DNA of 64,000 nt from Oopsacas minuta (lineage: Eukaryota > Animalia > Porifera): the NCBI GenBank assembly GCA_024704765.1, contig JAKMXF010000111.1:1371372-1435371 (forward strand). The letters are read 5' to 3'. The notes under the pieces were generated by a model. The model had not been told where the DNA came from. It ran no database searches and saw only the letters and a list, made by a program, of their open reading frames with translations. Position 1 is the first letter of the stretch. Every line of letters begins with the position of its first letter. Positions 12,101 to 24,200 of this stretch are shown here, piece by piece. Made by a program: the position numbers and the translations under genes.

Positions 12101-12731
12101 AAAATGACTATAAATACATATCATATTATTGTATAAATACTAGGGAATAATTCACTAGTTGTGATTAGCAATGAATAAAAGGGAAACTCAACTCTAGAAA
12201 TGTATCAAATAAAATATACAAGAGCTTGGGGTCCTATGGGATAATGCTGACTCAAGAACAACAAATTCTCCGACTACAATATACAGTATAAGACGTATAC
12301 TCGGTTAATGTGTACTACTTCTTTAAAACTAAAAATTAGTTGCCATTCATTATGATACAATCCCTATTCGGATAAGAGGTACACTCGGATAGTACATATA
12401 ATTTGTTTCTCTAAGGGGTAAGCCTTATTTGAGTTACGCTGTACTAAAATATTTAAATATCTTATAAGTTTACAATAATTTAAGCGTGACACACCTCATG
12501 CTCAGTAGCTGTATTCCCTAGCTTAACGTGCTGTACTTCTATTCCTATCTCAGCTCCTGCCTTCTTCTTCATATTAATGTATACATTAGAGTCTTGTTCA
12601 TTTCCTACCTGCACTATAGTCAGGTGTGGCCGGAATGAAGGGTGTTTGGATCTGAGCTCATCAATAGTCCGCTTGATACCTTCTCTGATACCAGCTGCGA
12701 TCTCTTTGCCTCTCAAAAGTTGTGCTGACAT
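9153..12731 (-). CDS. MTHFD1: C-1-tetrahydrofolate synthase, cytoplasmic trifunctional; exons 12731-12495, 12069-11211, 10855-9153 (932 aa)
   Basis: Dehydrogenase/cyclohydrolase motifs ([31 protein letters not shown]) and formyl-THF synthetase motifs ([32 protein letters not shown]). GT-AG junctions keep the frame. Confidence 0.96.
12283..12442. mobile_element. Degenerate TA-flanked CAG...CTG MITE in MTHFD1 intron 1; related sequence at about 22430-22582
   Basis: Ends TACAGTATA and TACGCTGTA. Shares the segment TACACTCGGATA...TGTTTCTCTAAG with the copy in RAD54 intron 3. Confidence 0.45.
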
Positions 12732-14517
12732 GCTAATATTATATCACACAAGATAGAATCTGGTAAATGACGTATACTGTGATAGATTAGAATTAGATAG
12801 TTTATACCGGTAGCAGTTATTGCCATGTCTAGCCCTGTAGTATTGGATAATAGCATTGATACAAACTTGGGCATTTTAGATTTGTATAAATCCTAACCAT
12901 AAAACATGTAATTTCAGTGCATAATGGAGTTTGGAGTTTGGCAATAGTACTCTTTCACCTAAAGTAATGGACCAATTGATAAGAATAGTGAGATCAGTAG
13001 TACATTAATATACCCGAATATGCAATAAGAGATAATCTAGTATTGTAATCACAAATAATGTAGTTATTGTAATTAACGATTATACGTAATTAGCTGATAT
13101 ACTAACTCTTCTTTATCTTACCCATAGCTAGTCTGTACATGTTGAATAATACATATACTGAACCGACAATAGACACGAATGATAGTGCTCGATATATTCT
13201 CAAATCTTTCAAACCTCCTCTAAGGTGGATTGGTATATTTGCAGTTCTCTCGGACTATAAATATTGTATTTGTATGATCATGTATTCAGCATTAATTACA
13301 ATTCATAATAAGAGACATTATATAAACTACAAATACTATCAGAATCCACATGTTAGTTCATATTAAGAAAATATTATTGATTGAGAGAGTTCATTGGAAA
13401 CCTGATTGTATACAGTTACTGATTGTGACTCAGTTTAATTGGGACACATTTCTAGGAATGGATGCAGATCTAACCCATATACATATTACACACAAATCCC
13501 GGTTAATCAGTAAATCCGCTTAGCTGCCTGGGAGGTGTTTACATGAGAAAACATTACCCCTAGAGGATTTCCAGGACCTCAACAAAACAGTCCATAAAAT
13601 AGTTCCGAATAAAGGAAATTGTGTAGAGACTGTGACTAATATCTAGAGGGTATATATGTGTTGTATAGCCTAATAATACATACCTGAAATATCCTCTGGA
13701 GATCTCTGATTCTCCGTGATGGGGCTGAGTACGGATATCCATGTTCATAGTGAGTTATTACTGTCTTCTCTGCCATATTACTAATTTATAGAAAATCATA
13801 TCACCAGGGGTAGGAGAAGGGGGAAATAACGGTATGTGACAATTTCAATGTTTATCGAATCGCTAAATTCGGGAGAATAGCGAGAAGGTATATGCGTATG
13901 AACATAGCACATTACAATATCTATCAGGTGGTGAACGATAAAGTATATTTTAATAGGAGCTGGACAATAATTTTCAAAAATATAGAATTTCTAAATTTAA
14001 TCCTGTATACGAGCAACTACCCTTAATAGTATAGATTATTATCTAAGTAAATTGATTGGCTTAAGTTTTTCGAAAAAATGAATTTGATTCACTCATTATG
14101 GACATTACGTCATTAATTGTACGGAATTTACATAATTAGAAATTGCGGATACGTAGTCCTTGCTTTGCAATTGCTGGCAGCCATGGAGGTCCACTACTCC
14201 ATGACGGCGAGTTTGTAAATATACACTTGTTGTGTTTATCAAAATTAAGTAAATACAGTCAGGAACCAGAGTATTATTAACATCTCATATGTATTATGAA
14301 CTAAGTCAGTGGTCCTAATAAAATTATTCCCATAAGATTTGTATTAAATTCAGTTCGCTTAAAATGAAGTCTTCTTTATAGTGAAGATTTTGGACCCAGG
14401 GGAGTTCACTATAAGCAATCCCAACTGTAGAATTAACTTTAGAGATTTGACTGTAAATAATAAGAAATCTCAATAAAAATTCATATCAAAAGCTTACAAA
14501 TATTAATCTAAAGAAGA

Positions 14518-15576
14518 TTATTTTAAAGAAATAATTTCAAATCTTTTACAAACATACACTTGGAACAATTTCTGTAAATGCTTCACTGTGACTCTATCCA
14601 GAGCACTGAGATCATCCTTGAGAGTGTGCCAAACAGCTGGAAATGGCCAGCTGATGGCGTGCATAACAGGAACACCTTTATTCAGGAATGGGCTGTGGTC
14701 ATCATCAATATGAGCATGGCGAGTCTCTGATGAGAAATAGGTTCTGTATTTAGGAATAAATTTACGCTTCTTCAGAGCAGACTCTACTCTAACCATGAGA
14801 TTATATGCTTGTTTGTCTGTGGTCTGTGGATAGAGGTATACAGCCGTGTTACTATCTCCCAACAGGTCTAATAGTAGGAACGTGCTGATTGAATCTAGAG
14901 CTTTCTTCCCACTGCCTGTACTGAGCAGTTCTGTATTCTGAAACGCCTCACTCAGCTTTCTAGCCCCGTATATAGAGTCTCTACTTGTCCAATGCTCAAA
15001 CGCCTCTTCACCATCTAAGAATATCAGCTGGAGGGTTTCCTTAGAATCAGGAGTTATCTTCTGCTTCAGAACTGTGTTCAGAGAATGTACGAGGTCAATG
15101 AGCAGAGCACAGGGTAAAGCAGAGTCTGTAGCTCCTAAGAACTCTCCTCCAGCCAGCAGCTTGCTATCGTAGTGTGCAGATAGAACTAGACGACGCTCTA
15201 TGCTAGGATATAGAGTAGCGATAATATTTGTGAAATTCTTAGTTCCATGAGGAGTGCTATCAGTAAATTCATGGGAGATAACTTCCCAAGGCTCTCCTAA
15301 TGATCTCAATCTAGATAGAATATGCTCCTTAACTCTAGTGTGTGACTCAGTGTCTGGTACTCTTGGTACTAGAATAGGAGGCAGCTCTGTTTTGAATATA
15401 TTATTCACATCTGAGAGAGACAGAACATAGTCAATAGAAAAGTCATGCTCTACAGTTGGTTCAAGCTCAGCTGGTGTACTGGTAGGACTACGGTATACAC
15501 ATATAAATCCCTGATAAGCCAGAAGGATTACAATACCAACAACTATAAGAATACCAACGTTATATATCTGATTCAT
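14518..15576 (-). CDS. QPCTL: Glutaminyl-peptide cyclotransferase (M28 fold) with an N-terminal hydrophobic anchor, QPCTL-like
   Basis: Motifs SAHYDSK, GATDSA, FLDGEEAF, YGARKL, LLDLLG, DDHSPF and VWHT; hydrophobic segment near the N-terminus. Confidence 0.88.
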   Translation of the reverse strand: MNQIYNVGILIVVGIVILLAYQGFICVYRSPTSTPAELEPTVEHDFSIDYVLSLSDVNNIFKTELPPILVPRVPDTESHTRVKEHILSRLRSLGEPWEVISHEFTDSTPHGTKNFTNIIATLYPSIERRLVLSAHYDSKLLAGGEFLGATDSALPCALLIDLVHSLNTVLKQKITPDSKETLQLIFLDGEEAFEHWTSRDSIYGARKLSEAFQNTELLSTGSGKKALDSISTFLLLDLLGDSNTAVYLYPQTTDKQAYNLMVRVESALKKRKFIPKYRTYFSSETRHAHIDDDHSPFLNKGVPVMHAISWPFPAVWHTLKDDLSALDRVTVKHLQKLFQVYVCKRFEIISLK

Positions 15577-15631
15577 TGAGAAATGAAGTCTAATTGAAAT
15601 GAAATCTAAATTTAAACTTTATAGGCTAGGT

Positions 15632-15959
15632 CAGAGATGGAACCGGTCGGGCCGGGCCGGGTCGGGTACCGGTCGAAGATCTCGACCGGCCGGTCATAAT
15701 TTCTGAATATGGTAAATCTGAATTTGATACTGTAATCATATTGACCAAAAACTTCAACTTAGCAGTTCGATTAAACAAGAGCAAAAGAGATTTTCTACTT
15801 TCTGCTATATCCACAGAATATCCAACATATTCTCGCCGTGTGCCACTTGTGTTACAAGTGGCAGGGTGTTCCAATACTTTTGGCCAGGCAGTGTATAGTC
15901 AAAGTTACCAGTCGACCGATCGGGTCGGGTCATGAAAAAGCTGACCGGTTCCATCTCTG
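15632..15959. mobile_element. hAT-type MITE, 328 bp
   Basis: Perfect 17-bp TIR CAGAGATGGAACCGGTC and perfect 8-bp TSD GGCTAGGT (15624-15631 and 15960-15967). CGGG[T/C]-rich subterminal repeats. Confidence 0.93.
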
Positions 15960-16649
15960 GGCTAGGTACGGTAAGGTAACCAGTTTGTCTGTGAACTACG
16001 TAGAACACGGTTGTCCTAATTGGATAACTATAACAGAGAAAAGAGTTCAGAATAAATGTTGCAGTTTATTAGAGAATTTCGTGTGTGCACTGAATTTATC
16101 TCTTTGTGTACCTTTACACACGAACTTTTTGGGCATACGGGTACACATGAAATTCTCTAATAAGCTACAAGCTCAGCTCAATTAGTTCATAGGGGACGCT
16201 ACATCGAACTAAGTTACCCCTCGGGGGGACGCTCTATTTCGGGGGGATAGATTACTTCGCGACAGTTCATTTAAATGGTTTCGTCGTCCCAACAAGAAGT
16301 TTCTTCTCTACTGCCATAACAGACATCTTAATTTCGGAATAATTAGGCATTATCAGTTCACTGACATCAATGATTCTACCCAACATGCTAATTTATTAAC
16401 AAGGATCGATACGAGGCTGCCAATTTGCGCCTGCTACCAACGGGCATTGAGCAGGTGCAACACCCGAGACACCAATAATAATTGACTCGCTGGGGGAAGA
16501 ATCAAACATCACATACAATTCAATTCACATAATTACGAATAGATTCAGCTAGAAAATGGTACCTCGTAGAGGTAAATAAGAATATAATTGATTTCAATTA
16601 AATAGCCAATGTCAAGCCACGGTCTCAGGGGTAATCGAGTGTGTAAGTA

Positions 16650-16978
16650 CAGTGGAAGTCGCTTAATCGAGACTCGGATAATCGGGATATCCACTTAAAC
16701 GAGACAATGATTTGGGAACAGATTTTTTACATAGAAAAATCGTCGGATAATTGGGACATCGAATCGGTTAATGGGGATTTTTTATCCCGATTAACCGATT
16801 TTGAACTTTATATTCGTTCAGAATCATTGTAATATGCTTTGTTTTTAAACTAGGAATAAGATGTTTCTGGTTTTGATCTGAGACTGAAAACTAGTTTTGA
16901 ATACTTAAATAAACCATAATCGTTTAATTGGGACAAAACATTGACTCCTGAGCTGTCTCGATTAAGTGGCTTCCACTG
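16650..16978. mobile_element. Tc1/mariner-type (pogo/Tigger-like) MITE
   Basis: 24-bp TIR CAGTGGAAG[TC/CC][G/A]CTTAATCGAGAC with 2 mismatches, flanked by TA on both sides (16648-49, 16979-80). Confidence 0.9.
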
Positions 16979-17167
16979 TACCAATTTTTTACATTTCTAG
17001 ATCTCTCACTCATTGATCAATCATATGATTAATCATGTAGAATGAGATTGAAAATATTAAAATTGGAAACTCCATACTCGATTATCCTTTGTCAAACATT
17101 TAGTACCTATAAGATTGGATAAAATTATGCCAAATGTGTGATAATTAATCATATGAGAAATCAAGTA

Positions 17168-17664
17168 AGGGAGCCCTCGCCGTTCCGATTATTCGCGATA
17201 AATATTTTGTCTCGTTTTACCGTTCACGATGTATTTCCTTGAATATTCGCGGTTTTATTCCGAATTATGTAATTTTGGTAGAAAATCTTGCAATTTTTAT
17301 ATTTTGTATGCATTACTAAGGCGAAAATGTATTTTTTCTCGATAAACAGCCCACTTACATTGGACATTTTATCTAATTCTAGATATCTAGTGTTTTTGTG
17401 GTATTTTAATCACGTGAAAACAGAAACTTCACTTTTTATTATAAGCAAGTTTACCCTCTGATGCTCACGCAAGTAATATTTTTTAGTCATTGAATACAAT
17501 TAACCTATTTAAAACTCATAACATTCCAATCATATTCAGGGTATCACTTATTGTCTGTCATTTAGTACTCTAGGAAAGTAACCCCACTATTCTCATTGAA
17601 CTAACGTCTTGCCATTTGCTACAATTCTCAGGAACCTAACCTCCGCGAACGGCGAGGGCTGCCT
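17168..17664. mobile_element. MITE with 3-bp TSD (PIF/Harbinger-like, uncertain)
   Basis: 18-bp TIR AGG[G/C]AGCCCTCGCCGTTC; GTA directly repeated on both flanks (17165-67, 17665-67). Confidence 0.7.
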
Positions 17665-18290
17665 GTAGATATAAATTTGAAAATGTCAAAATTGGAATTC
17701 CCATACTAGGTTATCCCTAACTAGCTGTGCAAACGAAATTTCTAGCAGCTTTCTGAAAGATATACTTAAAGTTGTAAAATATGATTAATCAGGTGAATAT
17801 AGATATGAAAAAGTCATAATTGGAAATTACCCTTCATTGGCAGTTGAAATGAAATTTCTAGCATTATTTTTTTGAATATTGTAAAAATGTGTGAAAATAT
17901 GATTAATCATATGATAAATCTGTAAATTGTGATGGTTTTACGATTGAAAATAGATTTTGGAGGCCCCTTGGTGGGGTGTGAGGCTGGGCCTCCAGGCCTG
18001 GCGAGGAACGTTTGTAAATATGAGTCTTGCAGTCCATTTGTAATAATTCTCTTTAGCTTCTAAATGTACATTTTGATGCAGAGATGCAAAATCTCTCTGA
18101 TTGGTGAGAGACCAGATTGGAATCTATTCCTATAGGAGCTGAACTAAAACGCAAAAAGAATCAAACAATCATTTAATTTGAGCAATTAACTTTCATTATA
18201 GCTACGAACTGAAAAGAAACATTTTGTAATCGTTAAAGTATTACCAAGTCGTGTAGTGAGAGGGTTGCTGTGTAGTGATAATTATAGTAA

Positions 18291-21200
18291 CTAAGCTTCA
18301 TGAGATCTCTGATGAAACACAAATGTAATGGTACCACAATCCCAAATATGTTTCAGTATTCTATCACCTATGAATTTTGGCCCTGTACAGTGATGCCATT
18401 GAGTGAGATCGTTACCAGTTGTAGCTTCTGGGGGAGGAGCTCTCATTTGTGTACCTAATACACATCTCATGCAAGATATCTTATCATGTGTGTCTGAAGT
18501 TGTTACTTCGTTTAGGTCAAATAGTTTACGTAGTTCTCCCAGAGAGAAGTGACGCTCTACATCTTCTTCTGAGTCTACAACACAACTGCTAAGGGCTTTT
18601 TTGTGAGCTTGTCGTTGAAAAATACGTTCCTCTATTGTACCTAGAGATTACATACTTAAATGTATCTATACTCCACGGATGGGCTTGCATGCTTGCCCTC
18701 TTGGAGATAACTCCAGGCGGGCAAGAGACATTATCAAATTTGTCGATTGCTACAAAACTTACCTTGAATATCAGAGAAATGTAAAATAAATTATTTGTTT
18801 CTCATCCGGAATATCTTCGGAAACTGGGAAGGCGATATGCCAGTTAAAATATAAAATATATTGACCCTTCGATTATCTCATCACATTCTCTCCGGGAACT
18901 ATACAAGTAGAAAAATGTGGATTGCACAATCTGTGACCAAAGAATTGTCCATAAATTTGGAAAAAATACAAATATAATCTTTCCAGAGGAGGGGGGGAGG
19001 AGGACAAAATTTGTGACAGGCGAGGATAAGAAACAAGTATATTACTTTAGATGGCCTTGTCAAGCATCTTTATGAGTTTATATGACATTTAAGGTCGATG
19101 GTAATCAATTTGTCAAATTTGTAACCATTTGTGCAAAAGTTAAGGAATTTCCCCGCCTATAAAACCTTCTTATCTAATTTTCGATCTCCTTTTCTTGGCT
19201 AGAGGGAGTAGTTATCCAGCCGTAAGCTGGTCCTAAGAATATTCACGATTAAAATGATGAAAAGTTGTTCGTGAGGTATCACTGATATTATAGAAATAGC
19301 TACAAATTTGGCTATTGATTTCCACCAATGTGAAAGTCTAAACAAACGCTTGAATTCTACATTGTGACCAATATACGGCCCTAGGGTTGCCAGACGTCTG
19401 TTTTGACCCGACAGTCCGCAGTACGGGTTTGGAAGAATTTTCCGGGTTTGAAGGATTGTATTTCGTGTGAAGTGCATACTGCCCACTTTTTCAAATTAAT
19501 TCCTGGACGGAGCACAAATTCCACCTGAAAACTAGAGACATTTGTCTCGCTCGTTCAAAAGTTACATCACCATAAGTATTTGTAACATAGTGAAACTATA
19601 TTTACTAGCTATCAGAAAGATGGTTAATATTGTCTGTCAGTGGTGTTTGCCAAAAGATAATTAGTGCGAGCTTTCAATCTAAACCTTTTCTTGAAAAACA
19701 TTGGTGAAAACATTCCCAGGAAAAGAGATAGGTATCCGCCCCTAGCCCCTCGGTCCCTGCCCCCCAAAAAACACTACTAATTGTCGGAACGAAATTTGTC
19801 CGGGTTTGGACTTTTGAAAATCTGGCAACCCCTTACGGTACCCACGAGATGATATATTTGGCCCGCACAGATGTAGGTCCCTAAAACTTTTACACCCTGC
19901 AATTCATACATTTCTACAATAATTTCTTAAAGTAAAACGTGTTCGTGTCGTTCTGTAAAAGAGGGTATCACAAATGGTTGTTCCATTCAGTGAAATAGGA
20001 TAGGGGAGCCCTGATGAGATGCAAATGATATGATGTCATCATATAATACGTCATTACTAAAATAACAAAATAGGCAATATTCTCAAAGAAGCCTAAGAGT
20101 GATAACACTACTACTATAGTTCAAAATTGCTGTATAAATATATGCATTACAGTCCCAATACTCGGTTATGTTCTGCCTTATTACAACAAGAATTTTGAGT
20201 AGGTCTCTGCAATTAGCTAAGATGTGTGCAGACAAGAGCTCCTCTATCAGTATAGACCCTTCTCAGAAGCGACTACAGTACGACACACCCATCTTGAACA
20301 ATGTAGACAAGAATCCGTTTATTCAATTCCAGCAGTGGTACGAGAAGGCTAGCAGTGTCAGTGAGATAGAGGAACCTAATGCTATGTGTGTTTCTACCTG
20401 TAATAAGGAGGGTAAACCCTCCTCCAGGATGGTGCTGATGAAGAAGTTCACGGAAAGAGGGATCACATTCTACTCCAACCAGGAGAGTAGGAAAGGAGGA
20501 GAGATGACTTATAACAGTAATGTAGCTCTGCTGTTCTATTGGACAGCTCTGAAACAACAGATAAGAATAGAAGGGAGGGTTGAGAGAGTACCAGACACAG
20601 AAGCAGACGACTACTGGAGTACACGGCCTATGATGAGTAGGATAACAACTGTTGTCAGTCAGCAGAGCAGGCCTGTGAGTAGTAGAGAAGAGTTAGAGAG
20701 GAAAATAGAGGAGGTGAAGGAGAGAGAAGGGGATGGAGTGAAGAGACCTAGTCATTGGATAGGTTATCTAGTGGTACCAGATACCTTTGAATTCTGGCAG
20801 GGACATTCAGGTCGTTTGCATGACAGGTTCCAGTATAAGAGTATTGGAGGAGACTGGGACATTACGAGACTACAGCCGTAATCCTCTTATACTTGTAACC
20901 TATTGTCTTTATATTATTTTTATTGTATTGTATTCACTTACCTGTAGATAATAATCTGTAAATGTAAACTTGTTTCTTCTGTCCATCTCTCCACACTCTT
21001 GCCATAGCCTGATCATCATTAGCTGGATTCCAATCGGGATCAAACATAACTAGTCTGTTAGCTCCTATTAAGTTCAATCCACATCCTCCTGCCTTGCTAC
21101 TGAGCATGAATATAAAGTCACTACTGTCTGGTTCATTAAATCTATCCACAATCTTCATTCTCTTCTTTATGGCCATACTTCCGTCTAGACGTACATAATT

Positions 21201-24200
21201 GTACTTCCTCTGTCTGCACAGTTTTTCGAATAAATCAAGTGTTTGAGTGTAGTTGGATACCAGTACCATCTAGCGACATATATTATAACACATAAATATA
21301 GTAAACTTTCGTTATAACGAAGTGCTCGGAACCTCGGTTTCATATGTTAGAAGCGGAATTTCATTGCAAGCGGAGAAAAATCAATTACTTCCAAGTCATA
21401 GGGGGAAGGCAACTTCGTTATAACGGGGAGTTACTGTACGGTTAAATAACTTTGGCATTCATAGTTGTTGCATGGTTGATAGTATTAGTTACCTAATGTA
21501 TATTGCACTCCGCTCAAGACGGAAAGAATGTTCCAGCCAGATTAGTCGCAATTGGGGGAAATTCCTGATTAGGCCTTGTACATAATATCCACATTTCTTT
21601 CATTATCATTATCTCATTAATATAAGACTTCTCAGAGGCAAATTTTGTTAATTCATCAAAAAATATTAAAAATAAGTAAGTGGAATCATAGTAGTCTATG
21701 GTGGAATTTAATGAGAAGTGAGAAGTGAGAACACATTATACTAGACGAAGTAATAGCCTTCTCTATCCCTAGGGTCCGGTTAGCGTATGCATTCATTGTG
21801 TAGTTGAATTACATATAATAATGAACGGTGAATAAGGACAGAATTGCACTGACATTATTCGTGCTATATCCAAATTAGATCCGTTCGTTGGTCCCAGTAG
21901 AGTATATTTATGATGCATAACTAGTATAAATGTTAGGTACCTTATCATCAGATGTAGACTTAACCATAGCCAGTATTAGATCTAGTACTTGCATTTTTCC
22001 AGACAACTCGGGTTCAACCCGTCTCTGGTCGTGAGAACTTTTAGGAAACAGCTCTAATGCATTCTCGAATCCTTCTTCCCTGTGGAGAGCTTTCTCAAAC
22101 ACAAGAGCAGGGTGATTACACAGCTTCTTGAGCGTAGTGATGGAGGAGAGAGAAGATATCGAAGCTTTTCCACTGGCTTCTAGAACAGCTGCCTGGGTAA
22201 ATGTTAATGAGAATTTTAGATAAATTAAATTATTAATAGACTTTAGTGAACTGAACTAAATAGATTAATATGAAATTGATTATTAGTTCATTACATAGTA
22301 GGAGTACGAATTTTGACCATTCCCTTCCTTTTGGTGCCTTTGGTGTGTGTATTAACAAGATTATAATCAACTATGTTATTTACTGCTGTACATCTTGACA
22401 CATTAGGAATTGTTAAAGTAGAACTCAGCCCGGATAAGACGCACTTCATCATTCAAACAAAAACTTAGTTCCAATTCAATCTAATTTAATCCCTTTTGGA
22501 AAAGACGTACACTCGGATAATATGTACTGTTTTGTTTCTCTAAGCTCGCGTCTTATCTGAAACCCACCCAATCCACTGTATATGGTTATTGTGGTAGTTA
22601 ATTTTAGAATATTTCAGAATTAATAAAGCGTTTGATTATAAGTACATGTATCTGATGAAAATATTCATGCTTCAAGTGATTCGTATATGTATTAATTAAA
22701 ATTCAGAATTATCACTAAAATCTTATATTAATATGATTAATATCCATAATTCTATGTATAATTATTTATTTAATAATCTGAACAAATTCTTGCAAAATAT
22801 CAATATTAAAATGAAAATGAGAAATAGATTAATATATCTCAAATTAATGCTTTTACTTTTAATTTTACAAGTGAAATGCCAATGTTATACCCAATCTTTC
22901 ATCTGTATAGACAAGATCCCAAATATATACAAGAAGTGTGTAATCAACACAACAGACTATAATTCAATATCTGATAATATTAACAAATGCTCTATTGGAA
23001 GATACGAAAAGCTAGAGATACAAATCACACAAGGTCACGTCAAAATAAATATAAACCTTCCTGAAAATATCATCAAGTTAAAGATTAGTAACCCTAATGG
23101 GGTAGATAATGTTAGTGTAGAAGTATTCAATATACATGGCTACATCAGAAGTATGTCATTATATGGTGATAACATTCATATTAAACAACAAGACTTCTTC
23201 TGTCATTTTACAAATCTTTTAGAGTTACAGGCAGAAAAGTTGATATTCATAAATCCTCCTACATTTACACAGAACATATACTTGGAGAGGATTATTATAA
23301 ACCAGTCAGTGATGCTTAACCAGACTGATAGAGTAATAGACAATACATTTGTAGGAGGGTTAACCAAGTTAAAAGTCTTAATATGGAAGAGAGGGAGGAT
23401 AACTGGAATCCTTGATAATTCATTTTCTAGAATAGGAAGGCTGAATATTTTAGATCTAACAGATAATTGTATTAAAGAAATAACAGATAGCTCATTTGAT
23501 GGATTACAGAGTTTAACATATTTAGGACTGTCATCCAACACAATTACTAAAGTATATATTACTGCATTGACTGGGCTAACTAATCTTAAAATATTAGATT
23601 TAGCAAATAACCCTACATTCCCACTAGATTCCATCACTCCAGTTTGGTCGCTAGAGAGAGTTATAATATCTCACTACAATGCTACTTACTTACGACCTCA
23701 TCCATTCCAGCAACTACCAAACTTAGCTATTATTGAATTAGATTATATACAATTCCCTTGTGACTGTTCTAATCAATGGATATCACAACTACACGTATAT
23801 GAGATAGGTATAACAAAAATAGGATCTTACTGCCTGAATCAAGAGAAGCAAGTAGATGATACAACTTTATACACAGTTTGTGGTAACAATACATACACAT
23901 GCTTCAATCATTCTCAGTCTTGTCCAGCAGTTGAGGACTGGAGAGTAGATTATAGAGATAAGTGCTTCTGTTGTCAAGTGAATACCTCTGCTATATATAG
24001 TATTGATACCGGAGATTGTCATCAGCTGTGTAACAATATAGAAGGGAGCTACTATTGCTCGTGTATGGACGGACAATCAATATTCATCGAGAATTATTGT
24101 GAGGTGATCAACGAGGACAAATTTTGGGAAGTGAATACTGTAATATTTGCTGAACAAAACTTATTTCTACTTCTCCTGTTATTAACCGTCATTTCCTTTC

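Noticed and set aside
14180-14205. CATGGAG...CTCCATG hairpin as a Helitron 3' end
   Set aside because: No CTRR terminus at the expected distance on either strand, and no second copy was seen.
20168-20881. Functional clustering of PNPO (makes PLP) with the PLP-dependent glycogen phosphorylase
   Set aside because: They are about 20 kb apart with unrelated genes between; chance proximity in a compact eukaryotic genome is sufficient.
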